From a virus (lineage: Duplodnaviria > Caudoviricetes): DNA of 64,000 nt. The stretch's first letter is position 1. The number at the start of each line of letters is the position of its first letter. This document shows positions 47,840 through 58,800 of the stretch, piece after piece. The stretch spans positions 1,268 to 65,267 of the IMG/VR virus record IMGVR_UViG_3300024262_002316; one strand, given 5' to 3'. A program made the position numbers and the translations under genes. The notes below the pieces were generated by a model. The model saw nothing but the letters and a program-made list of their open reading frames with translations, was not told the origin of the DNA and searched no databases.

Positions 47840-50800
47840 TCAGACTGGAGAGCTTCCAAATTCTTCTGCCCATCCACCCATAGCGTCGTCATCATTGTAT
47901 CTTCTTCTTGCCACTATTTTATCATTTAAAGTCATGTCTTCATACTTTGAAGCCATATAGTTAGACAAAAGAAGTGAACTGTATCTATCCTTATGTTTAG
48001 TGGTGTCGTCAGTTTTGGAGTTCATGGGTTTTAGATTAAAGTGTTTGCGCCCAGTAGTTGTATATGTTACAGTAATTGATAGTAATTCTTTTTTAAGTTC
48101 AGATATTTCATAAATTATATCCTCATACTCCTCATTTGTGTAATCCGAGTGAGGTCTAGGGAACATTAACTTCTTATCTTCTATGTTCTTTTGTAGTAAG
48201 GAGTTAGCTTCCTCAATCCAACTACTATTAAAAGCCTGCATGTTCAGAATACGAATAGCTTTATCATCTCTAGAGTCATCCTCTATTCTTACAATCTTAG
48301 GCTCACTATCTTTCTTTATGTCGTATCCATCTGGAGACTTGTCTATGTTTAACAGTTCTTCTATAGCCATACCTCCTCCGCCGGAGTCCATGTTTATACC
48401 TATGACATTGAAATCTCTCATTAGTTGTCTCATCTTCGCGGCAGCAAAAGAATATTTCTTGTTTTGACAAGTCCAATGATAAACTACTTTATTGGGCTGT
48501 CCTATCTCAATTATGCTAATAGAAAACCTATCTATTGTTCTAGCAGGGTCTACTCCCATAATGTAGTTTCTATCTTTTCTGCCCTTTACTTTTATCTGAA
48601 ATCCATCAAAGGAATTAGCTGTGGCTTCTTTGAGATCTCTAGCCTTGAAGAACCCAGCCGAGTCATCTGCAAATTCAGCGTTATACTCCATATCAAATAT
48701 ATGTTTAGGCATAGTAGCTTTAGCAGCCTGGATTAGTTTTCTATCCATCATACCTTCTGGGAGTTGATCATATCTATATTTTACAATACAATAATCTCTA
48801 AAGTCAACCTCATACTCATCGTCTGATCCTAAGAGGTCAGTAAACTCATTAGCTTTGCCTTTAAGTTGATTTGCGATAATTGCAGCATAGTGTTTGTATT
48901 GGTGATAAAATGGTCCATTGGTGTATCCAGCAGTTCCAGCTAATATTATCTTGTTTCCAATACTTATGAACTCATTGTCAAGAGAATCCTCTTCTCCGTC
49001 TTGAGCGGCCTCTTTTGCCTTCTGCCAAGGATCTGATTGAGTTGCACCAAAGCCTCTGATTACCTTGTTAAATATCTCTGAGTCTATGCTGTCGAATTCG
49101 TCTGCCATAATTACGTGACCACGTTCTCCCCTAATCTTCTCACCATTACCTAGTGGTAGAGCTGTTATAGAAGATCCGCAAACACTATATCTACAGGTAT
49201 CTGTTCCAATTCTGGGCTCACCATCAGACATAGATCTTAGTATTGGCGCTTTATCATATATTCTTTTAATTTCAGAGAAGATCAACTTGGAGTTGTGACT
49301 GATTAAGCCATTTGAAAAATAATCATGCACTTTGTCAACTGAAAAATCATATGTTTTATTTCTCTTGTTTTCCTTTGAGACAATTTTACTATAGTGAAAA
49401 TCGCTTCTAATCATTGATTGAAGCTTATTCAAACTGTCACAGATTATATTGTTGTTTTGACAGTAAGATATTATTCTTTCAACATAAGTTCTAGTGAAGC
49501 TGCTTTTTTCATAGTTAGAACAAATAAGAAGACTTCTTATTGGATCTGAATTAACTCTATTTTCTTTTCTAAAGCTAGTTATAGAATCCATCACTTCTCT
49601 CATATGTTTACCAATATTAGGAATAATATCTCTATTGCTCCTTCTGTTTGTTGACATGATTTTATCACAAACAAAATTAAGTTTGTCCATTTTTCTAGAT
49701 AAAGAGAATCCTATTTCCTCTTTAAACTTCAATATAGACTCCTTTGAACATATTTCTAATTGAAATAGGGTTCTTTTTCTTCCTGAATTGTTTTCAGACA
49801 GCCCGGCAATTATGCCAAAGTTAAGAAGAGCAGTTTGCAGTTGCCTAGCTAAGACATCTGACGTTGTGGCGAAAGAAACCTTGTTCTTGGTAACTTGATC
49901 ATATACGCCGCCATCTGAATCAAATAGGCTTCTTATGAAACTGGACTGAACAGACTTCGGAGATTGAAGAATTTGACTTGGTATAAATTTTTCATAAGAC
50001 TTTTTCCCTGCTAGTCCAAATCTCTCAAAGAGACCCCAACCTACGACGGAACCCTTTGATATTTGGGTCACACCATCTTTCTTGATGCTAATATTTGGGC
50101 TTTTGTTGAAATACCTACAATATAATTTTTCCATTATATCTAAATATTCCTTTTCTTTGTTTATAAACAACAAGTAGTTCTTTTGAGTTAAGCAGCCATC
50201 TCCCACTAAGGATCCCATAAAATATGCAAGATCTTCATCTATAACCTGAGGGAAGCTACATCTATCATATGGATCATCTGGAATCATGTCTCCGATAAAT
50301 ACACTATCTTTGTTCCAAAGTTCAGGCTTAGATACTACAGAGTAGTCCCCTTCTTTTACGTCTTTTAACTCACGATACTCTAGCTCTCCGTCACCATTAA
50401 CTATTAGTATTTTATGTCCAGTAGAACCCTCTAGTTGGACTCCAAGCTCTGACTTAATCTTTATAGTATCTTGCTCTTCGTTTTCCCAAAAGTCAAGACA
50501 TTTTTGGTACCCCTCAGATGACACAATGTACTCAGGCTTAGATTTAAGTTGGTCAACTCTTATCATTCCTTTGTTAGTCATTATATAAGTATCTCCAGTT
50601 ACACATTGCCTGAAAGATGCTGACACTAGTATTATCCTTGTATTTGGGAACATTACTGCGTGATAAACTGCATATATCGCCAGCATCATGGTGTTGTGAG
50701 ATATCATTCCATTGGAAACAAATGAGTGTGTTCCTGGTATGTTGAAATCGTATGTTACACACCTTGAGTCTTCTTTATGTTCGACTTTTCTATATATGTA

Positions 50801-52213
50801 ATTAGAGTCTATAAGTCTAGATAGTTCAATAGTACTCCCAGATGTCCACTTGTTCTCTACACAGATATTGAGAAGTCTGTATATTTTCTTTTTTGTAAGC
50901 CCATACGTGGAAGAATTATATTCTGAAAACCCACTAGGAGATAACCCTTTTACTCCTTGTTCTTTTAACTCTGAAACTATTTTTCTAGCTACATCGGCAA
51001 AAGGATATATGTCAACATTTGAGTTAAACTCGGTTTCGCTCATTCTGTTGCAAATATTATCTAGTTGCTCCTTTTTCCTTGGAAGTCTAAATCCTATGTC
51101 TTTCCTAAATTTAAGTAGATTTTCTCCATATATTGAAACTACATAGGCTTTCCCGAAATCACTATTAGTTTTCTTTTCTCTAAGACTAGAGTCTATTCCC
51201 ATATTCAATAAAATTGCTTGAACTTGGGATGCTAAAGTTTTGGAAACTGAACAAAATGTGACCATTCTGTCCCCTTCACAGCCCCCATCTGAGTCAAATA
51301 GTCCACTTAAAAACGCACCAAGTCTCTTTTTATCCCCTGCTCTTATTTTTACAGGTATTTCTTTGTCATAAGATAAGCTGTAATTTAGATCAAATTTATC
51401 TTCAATATATTTTCTATTCTTTTTTCCGTAGCACTTGTAATCATAATTAGCGACATGTTTTAGGTACATGCCATGTTCTTCCATTGTTTTTCTAGCTGAC
51501 TCTATAATGAAATCATCTGCACTGCTTAGGGTTGTCATTCTGTCGCAGGATAAACCTCCATCTCCGGTCATTAGTCCGACGAAGTAAAAGTCATCTTCCG
51601 ATAAGTCTCCAGTGTAAACTGGGTACACATTAGAGCCATATGACAATTTAACAATGTCACCAACTTCAACTTCATCTAATCTTCTCCAGGTTGGTGTACC
51701 AAGCTCATTATCTATTATCTGAATTTTATGCTCTGGAGTTCCTTCCAGTTCAGACCCATTGGATAGCCTTATAAGCTTTGTATTATCCTCTGCGTTTACA
51801 ACAGAGTATGCCGTATTCTCATAGTATTCGCCGTTGAATACACTGTGAGACTCTGGCCTCACTATGTCTCGATTATCTTTCCCTATAACTTCTTCTATTT
51901 TCATCATTCCACTAGAAGTATGAACTAGAGTGTCCCCTCTTACGCACTTGCCCGCTCCACGAGACAAAAGCAGCATCGGGAATTTAAACTTAAGCATTGC
52001 AAGAATCATAGATAATTGATGTTCCAATAAGTTAATATTCATTATATATTTGATGCCAAAAATAGGAGAGTAGAACGGATTGGAGAGCTTATAAAACTCT
52101 GTCAACTCGTCTTGCTCTTTAAGTTCATTTGGGGCATCCATTAATGGATTCTTAAGTAGTGCGGCTGGAGGTAATCCCTTCATCCAGTCATAGTCAGGGT
52201 TGAATATCCCCAT
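47840..52213 (-). CDS. terL: Terminase large subunit with two inteins
   Basis: SRGAGK|T (Walker A), IRGERG...ADEF (Walker B), MEY.AEF, MGVDPAR, D.GGGG and KDRYS motifs. Extein is 601 aa. Confidence 0.93.
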   Translation of the reverse strand: MGIFNPDYDWMKGLPPAALLKNPLMDAPNELKEQDELTEFYKLSNPFYSPIFGIKYIMNINLLEHQLSMILAMLKFKFPMLLLSRGAGKCVRGDTLVHTSSGMMKIEEVIGKDNRDIVRPESHSVFNGEYYENTAYSVVNAEDNTKLIRLSNGSELEGTPEHKIQIIDNELGTPTWRRLDEVEVGDIVKLSYGSNVYPVYTGDLSEDDFYFVGLMTGDGGLSCDRMTTLSSADDFIIESARKTMEEHGMYLKHVANYDYKCYGKKNRKYIEDKFDLNYSLSYDKEIPVKIRAGDKKRLGAFLSGLFDSDGGCEGDRMVTFCSVSKTLASQVQAILLNMGIDSSLREKKTNSDFGKAYVVSIYGENLLKFRKDIGFRLPRKKEQLDNICNRMSETEFNSNVDIYPFADVARKIVSELKEQGVKGLSPSGFSEYNSSTYGLTKKKIYRLLNICVENKWTSGSTIELSRLIDSNYIYRKVEHKEDSRCVTYDFNIPGTHSFVSNGMISHNTMMLAIYAVYHAVMFPNTRIILVSASFRQCVTGDTYIMTNKGMIRVDQLKSKPEYIVSSEGYQKCLDFWENEEQDTIKIKSELGVQLEGSTGHKILIVNGDGELEYRELKDVKEGDYSVVSKPELWNKDSVFIGDMIPDDPYDRCSFPQVIDEDLAYFMGSLVGDGCLTQKNYLLFINKEKEYLDIMEKLYCRYFNKSPNISIKKDGVTQISKGSVVGWGLFERFGLAGKKSYEKFIPSQILQSPKSVQSSFIRSLFDSDGGVYDQVTKNKVSFATTSDVLARQLQTALLNFGIIAGLSENNSGRKRTLFQLEICSKESILKFKEEIGFSLSRKMDKLNFVCDKIMSTNRRSNRDIIPNIGKHMREVMDSITSFRKENRVNSDPIRSLLICSNYEKSSFTRTYVERIISYCQNNNIICDSLNKLQSMIRSDFHYSKIVSKENKRNKTYDFSVDKVHDYFSNGLISHNSKLIFSEIKRIYDKAPILRSMSDGEPRIGTDTCRYSVCGSSITALPLGNGEKIRGERGHVIMADEFDSIDSEIFNKVIRGFGATQSDPWQKAKEAAQDGEEDSLDNEFISIGNKIILAGTAGYTNGPFYHQYKHYAAIIANQLKGKANEFTDLLGSDDEYEVDFRDYCIVKYRYDQLPEGMMDRKLIQAAKATMPKHIFDMEYNAEFADDSAGFFKARDLKEATANSFDGFQIKVKGRKDRNYIMGVDPARTIDRFSISIIEIGQPNKVVYHWTCQNKKYSFAAAKMRQLMRDFNVIGINMDSGGGGMAIEELLNIDKSPDGYDIKKDSEPKIVRIEDDSRDDKAIRILNMQAFNSSWIEEANSLLQKNIEDKKLMFPRPHSDYTNEEYEDIIYEISELKKELLSITVTYTTTGRKHFNLKPMNSKTDDTTKHKDRYSSLLLSNYMASKYEDMTLNDKIVARRRYNDDDAMGGWAEEFGSSPV
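49292..50605 (-). mobile_element. TerL intein 2 (438 aa, LAGLIDADG)
   Basis: FRQ|CVTGDT...STGH...TYDFSV...NGLISHN|S. Confidence 0.92.
50693..51946 (-). mobile_element. TerL intein 1 (418 aa, LAGLIDADG), inserted in the Walker A motif
   Basis: GK|CVRGDT...TPEH...TYDFNI..THSFVSNGMISHN|T. Confidence 0.92.
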
Positions 52214-52683
52214 TAAACTATTCCATCCATTCTGTAGTTGTATGCTTTAATCAGTAGGTTTCTAGTTATCTGTTGGGCCTGTTTTCTGTCTCCAGCAAAA
52301 ATAAACTGTACTCCATATTTAAGATTAAATGCCAAAATTGACCCAAGAATAGTTGGACCACTTAAAGTAGTGTGTTTTTTATATTGAAATATTGAAGCCC
52401 AATGATCTTCTACTATAACATATCTAAATTTAATAGATTTCATTCTCTCAAGCTCTGCTTCAAATCTAACTCTATTCTTACCTAGGTTTCCACAAAGTTC
52501 TATTATGGAATTCTTTCTCTCTACAGTTATTAGATTTTCAAAACCCTTAATAGAATAATCTCCAGCATCTAGTTTGGCTATTTCGTAACCATCACATGTT
52601 GAACTAGCTCTGAATTTAAAAGGCTCTCTCTCTCTAGAGTCAATAATTATTATTGGCCTAGGGTAATCATTTTTCTTTGCCAT
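52213..52683 (-). CDS. ERCC4/XPF-domain nuclease
   Basis: IIIDSRE, GDY and VERK motifs. Probable start is MAKKND (GGAGG RBS). Confidence 0.85.
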   Translation of the reverse strand: MAKKNDYPRPIIIIDSREREPFKFRASSTCDGYEIAKLDAGDYSIKGFENLITVERKNSIIELCGNLGKNRVRFEAELERMKSIKFRYVIVEDHWASIFQYKKHTTLSGPTILGSILAFNLKYGVQFIFAGDRKQAQQITRNLLIKAYNYRMDGIV

Positions 52684-53485
52684 TGTTCCTCCCCAAAAAG
52701 TCTTCTGTGAACTGTTCTGGTTTCTTTCCATTTACAAAGTTTTCATCTACATTGACAGTAGAGTCGTCCCCTGCATATATTGTTAATCCTATGTTTTTTT
52801 CATAGTGAAGTTCAGCCATATATTTAAGCATAGCAGCTTCATATCCTATTTCTGATCTTTTATTAGGATCTTGAAGTTCTTTGATTATATTGGTAAAGGT
52901 TATGCTTTGATCTTGGTTGTCTTTTAGTCTTTGCTCTCTTGTCACGTTGAGCGATTTTTCACACTTATAGATGGTGTCTTGACACTCCTGAATCTCTCTG
53001 GACCTACTAGCTTGACTACCAGTGTCTCTAAAGTTCTTCTCATCTTCTAGATACCTAATCATCCTTATTTCAGATATGGTTTTTCTATGAAGAGTATCTT
53101 TTTCTGAAGCAGTCATTGTTTCTACCGTTGGGTCCATCATAAATTCAAGATATCTTTCTTCGTAGAACTGTTTCTCTAAATCATCTATTGATTTAATGGT
53201 TGTTCTGTATTGAGCAGTTGCCCGCAGCTCATCTAGAAAGACTCTCTTCTTTTCTCCATCAGACATGCTATTGACGAATGCCTTCTTCTTCATATCATTA
53301 TCTGTATTGCTCTTTTTTGTAACCTTAGAGCCTTGTTTGTTTAAATTGTTTCTTTTTCTATATTGAATTATAGAATTTCTATCTCTGTTTATAGCATCTG
53401 CTAAGTCTTTATCACTCATACTAAGAAAATTTTGCCTTATAAAAGCTTCTTCGCTCTTATCGAATCTTCCTTTTTTCTTACTCAT
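52667..53485 (-). CDS. HTH-containing protein, possible terminase small subunit
   Basis: N-terminal HTH-like segment and helical body ending L..TREQR; lies two genes upstream of TerL. Confidence 0.45.
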   Translation of the reverse strand: MSKKKGRFDKSEEAFIRQNFLSMSDKDLADAINRDRNSIIQYRKRNNLNKQGSKVTKKSNTDNDMKKKAFVNSMSDGEKKRVFLDELRATAQYRTTIKSIDDLEKQFYEERYLEFMMDPTVETMTASEKDTLHRKTISEIRMIRYLEDEKNFRDTGSQASRSREIQECQDTIYKCEKSLNVTREQRLKDNQDQSITFTNIIKELQDPNKRSEIGYEAAMLKYMAELHYEKNIGLTIYAGDDSTVNVDENFVNGKKPEQFTEDFLGRNNGKEK

Positions 53486-54204
53486 TATTCTCCGCCTCTT
53501 TTATAGATATGAGATATTTCATCTTTTAATATATCAAGATCACCGTCTTGAAGCTTTGAACAGTCATAATTGAATCCTACTAATAGTTTAAATACGTCAT
53601 AGGCCAACCCTGTTAGTTTGTTTTCCAAGAATTCGTTGAAATCTATGTTTTCAAATATGGCCTCTTGATACTCAGAGGCACTAGTTCCAGAAGTACTGTG
53701 CATATAGCCACTTACCTCAGAAGAAGAATCTCCATCATAAAGAGATGGCTTACTAGTTGTATAATTACCATAAGTAGATCCTAGCATGTATTTAGACTTA
53801 TAGAGTGTAATATATCTTTCGTAAAGGTCACAGCTATCTTTATTTACGTATTTTCTACAATCATGCTCTCCACGCTTGCTTTTTATCTTGTCCCACATTG
53901 GGCAGGTTTTACACGGAAGCTTGTGAAAATATAGATGCTTTCTCTTTAAATCTGCGACTATATTGTCTGCACACCTAGAGAAGTATAACATGTATTTTTC
54001 ATGATATGCCTTGCTGGGATCAAATTTATGAAGAGCTTTTAAAAGCTTTATAATTATTTCTTGTTCTAGGTCTTCCTTGGTAAACCAGAACTTATTAAGC
54101 TTAGCATGGTGTCTTGATTTAACATTAGCTATGCTCATAATGTCTTCCCACATTTTTTCCCTAGTTATTCCACTAGGGAGATTTATATCATCCCAATTTA
54201 TCAA
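53485..54204 (-). CDS. Sigma-70-like factor with Cys-rich insertion
   Basis: EDLEQE...L.KFDPSK...Y......N...DLKRK (region 2), then CKTC...C...C. Confidence 0.65.
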   Translation of the reverse strand: MINWDDINLPSGITREKMWEDIMSIANVKSRHHAKLNKFWFTKEDLEQEIIIKLLKALHKFDPSKAYHEKYMLYFSRCADNIVADLKRKHLYFHKLPCKTCPMWDKIKSKRGEHDCRKYVNKDSCDLYERYITLYKSKYMLGSTYGNYTTSKPSLYDGDSSSEVSGYMHSTSGTSASEYQEAIFENIDFNEFLENKLTGLAYDVFKLLVGFNYDCSKLQDGDLDILKDEISHIYKRGGE

Positions 54205-54206
54205 AA

Positions 54207-54794
54207 TTACAGCCTTTTAACAATTCTAACTCCTTGATGGATAAAGTCTTCAACATTTGGCATTATGTTTGTTATGCCTACAAAGTATCTGCAACTTTCT
54301 TTTATATCTGATATAAAGCTTGTAGCAAATTCGTTGCCAATACATACAATAGCATCTTTTTCGATAGTTTTATAAATAAAGTTGTTAAATATTAGATTTA
54401 GTATTTCTATCTTTGTATCAAATACTTTAGATCGATTAATATTTAAAGTAGTGTAACCGTCTTCGTATTGATATATACTTGCAAGAAAAATAGGGTCTCT
54501 AAGATCTTTTGAGATGTATGTAGATACGTCTACACCTATCTCGCACCCTATTAGTTTCCCATTTATTTCTTTAACACAAGTTAGAATGCTAGATATGTTA
54601 TGCAAAGAGCATATGAAGTGTGCATTGAAGCTTTTAGACGAACAAGATATTACGTGTCTCATAATTTTTCTATTGTCATAGTGCTCATCATCTGCATCTA
54701 TAACAAAAGACTTAATATCATCGTTTGCTCTTACAACGTTTTTAATTGATGAAAAAGTAGGCTTTGCAACTACGTTCAGTGTATCTAATTCCAT
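54207..54794 (-). CDS. Hypothetical protein
   Basis: 195 aa ORF in the operon. Confidence 0.55.
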   Translation of the reverse strand: MELDTLNVVAKPTFSSIKNVVRANDDIKSFVIDADDEHYDNRKIMRHVISCSSKSFNAHFICSLHNISSILTCVKEINGKLIGCEIGVDVSTYISKDLRDPIFLASIYQYEDGYTTLNINRSKVFDTKIEILNLIFNNFIYKTIEKDAIVCIGNEFATSFISDIKESCRYFVGITNIMPNVEDFIHQGVRIVKRL

Positions 54795-54801
54795 ATTGAC
54801 C

Positions 54802-55815
54802 TTACCTTAGTCCTGAGCTTCCGAATCCCTTCTCTCCGCGACCACTCTTTCCAAGATGACCGATCTCTTTCTCTTGAAAATCAAAGTCTACGATAGGAGT
54901 CGGAACAAGTTGAACTAACCTTGATGGTAGCTCTAAATCTGGCATAGACTCATCTATCTTAATCAAAGGGACTTTTATCTCTCCTCTATACGATCTGTCA
55001 ATTATCCCAACTCCATTAGCTAGTATGTAGCCACTCTTTATGATCGAAGAACGTGGAGCCAGAATAAAGTACCAACCCAGATCAGGCTTAACAATTATAC
55101 CAGTAGAGTACATTTCTACCTTGCCAATGTTCCCACTTTTTTCTAAAAGAGTGATGTCGAAGCCTGAGTCAGATGCCCTAGCCTTAAATGGGTTTACTGC
55201 ATCTTCTCTTGTTTTAGCAAATTCAAAGCTGAATTTTGCATTATAGCTTTTGATATTTGATATATTTATTCTGGCTACTGAATATTCTTTATATGTATAT
55301 TTATCATGAAAGCCAGAATTTCTATATAGAGTAGTTAAAAAATCTAGCTTTTCATGTTCGGGCCATCTGTAAGTGTTTCCACCTTCGAATATGGGCTTAG
55401 ATTCAACTATAGATTCTATAAATTTAAGTTGACTATCAGTTAGTCTTATAGAGGTTGTATCCTCTTCTCCAAACATTCTGTTAAATTCATACATGCCTCT
55501 AATGAATGCAATTGTATCAATCTTGTTCTTTGATGTAGGTATTCCTTCAGAGTCTAGTAGTCCGCTTTTTAGCAATGAATCTACGTCTTGTTCACTGTTA
55601 GAATGCATGACATCTCTGCCTAGGAATAAATTCACAGTATTGAAATATTTATTACAATAGGTTTTAATACCTAGTTTTTTAATCTCACTACATACTTCTT
55701 CTACTGTGTCAGAATATTTGATACTTATTCTTATGTCGTAGCCTTGCGTTCTGAAATTTTTAGAAGCTTTAACAAAACCTAGTGAGTAATGCAGCTTTTC
55801 ATTATTTGATTTCAC
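54802..55815 (-). CDS. dut: dUTPase with a degenerate LAGLIDADG-like N-terminal domain
   Basis: SGFD, PRSS, GIIDRSYRGEI, QL and RGEKGFGSSG motifs. Likely GTG start at 55815 after GGAGG; the ORF track starts it at 55863. Confidence 0.85.
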   Translation of the reverse strand: MKSNNEKLHYSLGFVKASKNFRTQGYDIRISIKYSDTVEEVCSEIKKLGIKTYCNKYFNTVNLFLGRDVMHSNSEQDVDSLLKSGLLDSEGIPTSKNKIDTIAFIRGMYEFNRMFGEEDTTSIRLTDSQLKFIESIVESKPIFEGGNTYRWPEHEKLDFLTTLYRNSGFHDKYTYKEYSVARINISNIKSYNAKFSFEFAKTREDAVNPFKARASDSGFDITLLEKSGNIGKVEMYSTGIIVKPDLGWYFILAPRSSIIKSGYILANGVGIIDRSYRGEIKVPLIKIDESMPDLELPSRLVQLVPTPIVDFDFQEKEIGHLGKSGRGEKGFGSSGLR

Positions 55816-58800
55816 AGCTACCACCCCCTCCACATGCAAGCTCCTGAGATCCAGTGGTCCCATCTTCTAGTTCAAACATGCTTAGTTGGCTGTAGTCAAT
55901 TATGGGCATTTCCTTAAGCATCTTGTTATACTTCTTCTCATCAACTTTTTCATATGGAGCCTGTTCATATGCCCCAGAATCGAAGGGCAGGAAGGATACT
56001 CCAGCAATGTAATCCCAGTTCTTGTAGACCCAATTGCCAACCTCTAGCCACTCATCATCTTTTACGTAGATAGTCGCACTAGCGTTGTGCTCACACCAAT
56101 TCTCTTGTAGTAGCTTATAGTGCTCTAGCTGCTGCATTGCAGTTAGTTGTTCTCTAGTTATAGAATCTTCAGGAGATTTAATAGGGAAAGAGACTACCCA
56201 GGTATTAACCTTATCTTCCGTCCAGCGTTTCCCTTTTTCATATATAGTAGATAGGGAGGTTTCGCCATCTTGAGCTTTAACCCAGTCTTCTTTTCTCTGA
56301 CCATTCTCAGGTGTCATATCTAGACCCTGCGACTTCATCATTTTGAATAGAGGATCTATGGAAGCAATTCTGTAGCGACGAATATAGAAAGTGGACCATC
56401 GCGGATGCAAACCAGAAGAAGAGTTGACTAGCTGTGAAACCGTATTATGGCTAATATAGCTATTTGCAATGTACCTATTGTTTTCAGGAACCTCTATGTC
56501 AAAAGTTTCACATTCAGAATCCTCAATAAAATCCACAACATCTGGGACATATTGGTTTTTAAGATTCATTTTTTCCAACTGAAAATAGAATCTACCTAGG
56601 CCACTGTGCGAATAATCGCCTGACCACCCCTTGTTTGTAGTGATTCTATATCTCATATTTTCACCCCAGCTAGTCTTAGTTGGTGGCATTAGTTTTACGG
56701 AACACACGGAGCCAAGAGCCCTGAGAACAACTGGTAATTGCTCTGACATTTTTTTAGAGATTGTACAAAAAACATGTTCTCCGCGTTTAGTTATGTGACC
56801 ATCTGCATCTCTATATCCATCTATGAAAGCAGAAATAACAGATGTCGTAGACTTGCGAACCAATAGTGGAATATCCACATCGTCAGTCTTGTTCTTTGTC
56901 AAGCCATTGGCACTTAGGAAAGCTTTTAGCCAAGTAGAATTTATGTACAGGTCAGCATTGTTTCCTTGGGTTCTTTTATAAATAATACCGTCGAGTCCAA
57001 AAAGATCCTTAATGTAACCCTTGGCTTTATTTAGTGGCCCCATATCCTCTGCGTTTCCAGCAATCCTGATTCCCTTGTTGTGGTTTGAGCCATCTCCAAC
57101 GTAGAGGCCAATGATGTATGCTAATTTTTCACATAGAACACCTGGCTGCTTCATTTCTTTGACATTACAATAAGGCTTGTCTACGGAGTAAAGACTTTGA
57201 ACCTCACCAAATTCATATCCTCCAATTTTATATGGTAAAACATCACCCTCTTGAATCTCATCTGCCCGAGACCAAACTAATCCAGCATCCCGCAACGTCT
57301 TGTACTGATGATTGTGTGTACTCTCAAGAACAATTCCAGACCTCATGTGGATTTTTTTGGTTTTAGCCTTGCCATTTACAAAAAACTTAGTGCTTCTTTT
57401 ATCATCGGATTGTGATGCTACAAGCATGTTGTGATTTTGCCACGTTTCTCCTTTTGTATCGCCAATCTCCTCTAGAGACAAAATTCCATTAGACGTTAGA
57501 AGTATTGTGTCTTTCTTTTGGCAGCCAGATGGCTTGACACATGTGACGGCTGCGGAGAAGTTGATCCCTAGTATTTTGGAGGCTTTTTTAGCTATTTTTA
57601 AAGCCTTAGCTTTCATTGCCTTTATCATGGAGGGGTTGGACATCATAGCGTAATTGTCCATTTGTCCAGTCAACGAAACACCAAGCAGTCTTTCCTCTCT
57701 ACAGTTCTTTGCCCACTGAGGAGATAGATACGGGAATTTTGTTAGTGTAGATTGAATAGCACCTAGCCAAGTCGCTGTCTCGATCTTGTCCAACACATCA
57801 TCAAGATCGTCTTCAGCTCTGACTACTACTTCTGTCAAATTGCAGAACTGTTTAGACCTTAGTAGGATCTCAGCACAATTGGAAACCAAGCATCCGCCAG
57901 TCCAATATGTATGTTCTTCTGCCTCTACTGTTATATCATAGACTGCCTCTTGTCCTAAGTGTTCAACAGTTTTAATATTAGAGGTTTTAGATTTTGGTCT
58001 AGTTTCCATAGGTTCTATTTGTTTATATTTTTGAATAAAACCAATCTGGCTCATAAAATTTTCTCTATCTGAAGTAATATTTATAGCATAACTATCTTTG
58101 CAAACATAATCTCCATTATTAAAATTTATTAATTTAGGCTTATTATGTGTTATATAAGAACTTATACCTAAAGCAGACAACATGTCTTGAACTTGATTTA
58201 TCAAAGATAAACTAGATTGTTTTAATTCAATCCTGTTGGCATTATTCACACAGCCATTTGCAGAAAAAAGACCTCTAAGAAACCCGCGCATCTTATTTAA
58301 ATCTCCATAATAAAAATTATCTGGGACCACTCTTTCAAATATTGGAGAAAGGCACCCATGATTTATGGTTGTTTTTACTTCATAAAAAGACTCTTTTATA
58401 GACGGTCTATGTTTGCCAATCAAGTGTGAGACTTCGCTATCAAAATAATCTTGATCTTTCTCGCCTATATATAATCCTATTAAATTATTACTAGCTTTAT
58501 GCTTGCCGCCGTCTCCTATGACTAATCCATCTAAAATATTTTGAGAATCTAGCTTAGCTAAACTTTTAATATTAGGTCCAACTACAGAATCAATAGCTTT
58601 TGCATCCTTAGCTTCACACCGTTCACCATTTTCAATTATCTTATGATTAGGCGTTCCAATAAATCGACCTCTGGTGGTTCTATATTCATAAACATCTTTA
58701 ACACCCGTCATTACTTTATTTGTAACTTTTGTCCATTGTTTTCCAGACCAAATAGTTGACCCTATTTCAATGTCATCAAAAGTTTTTATTCCATCTGGTG

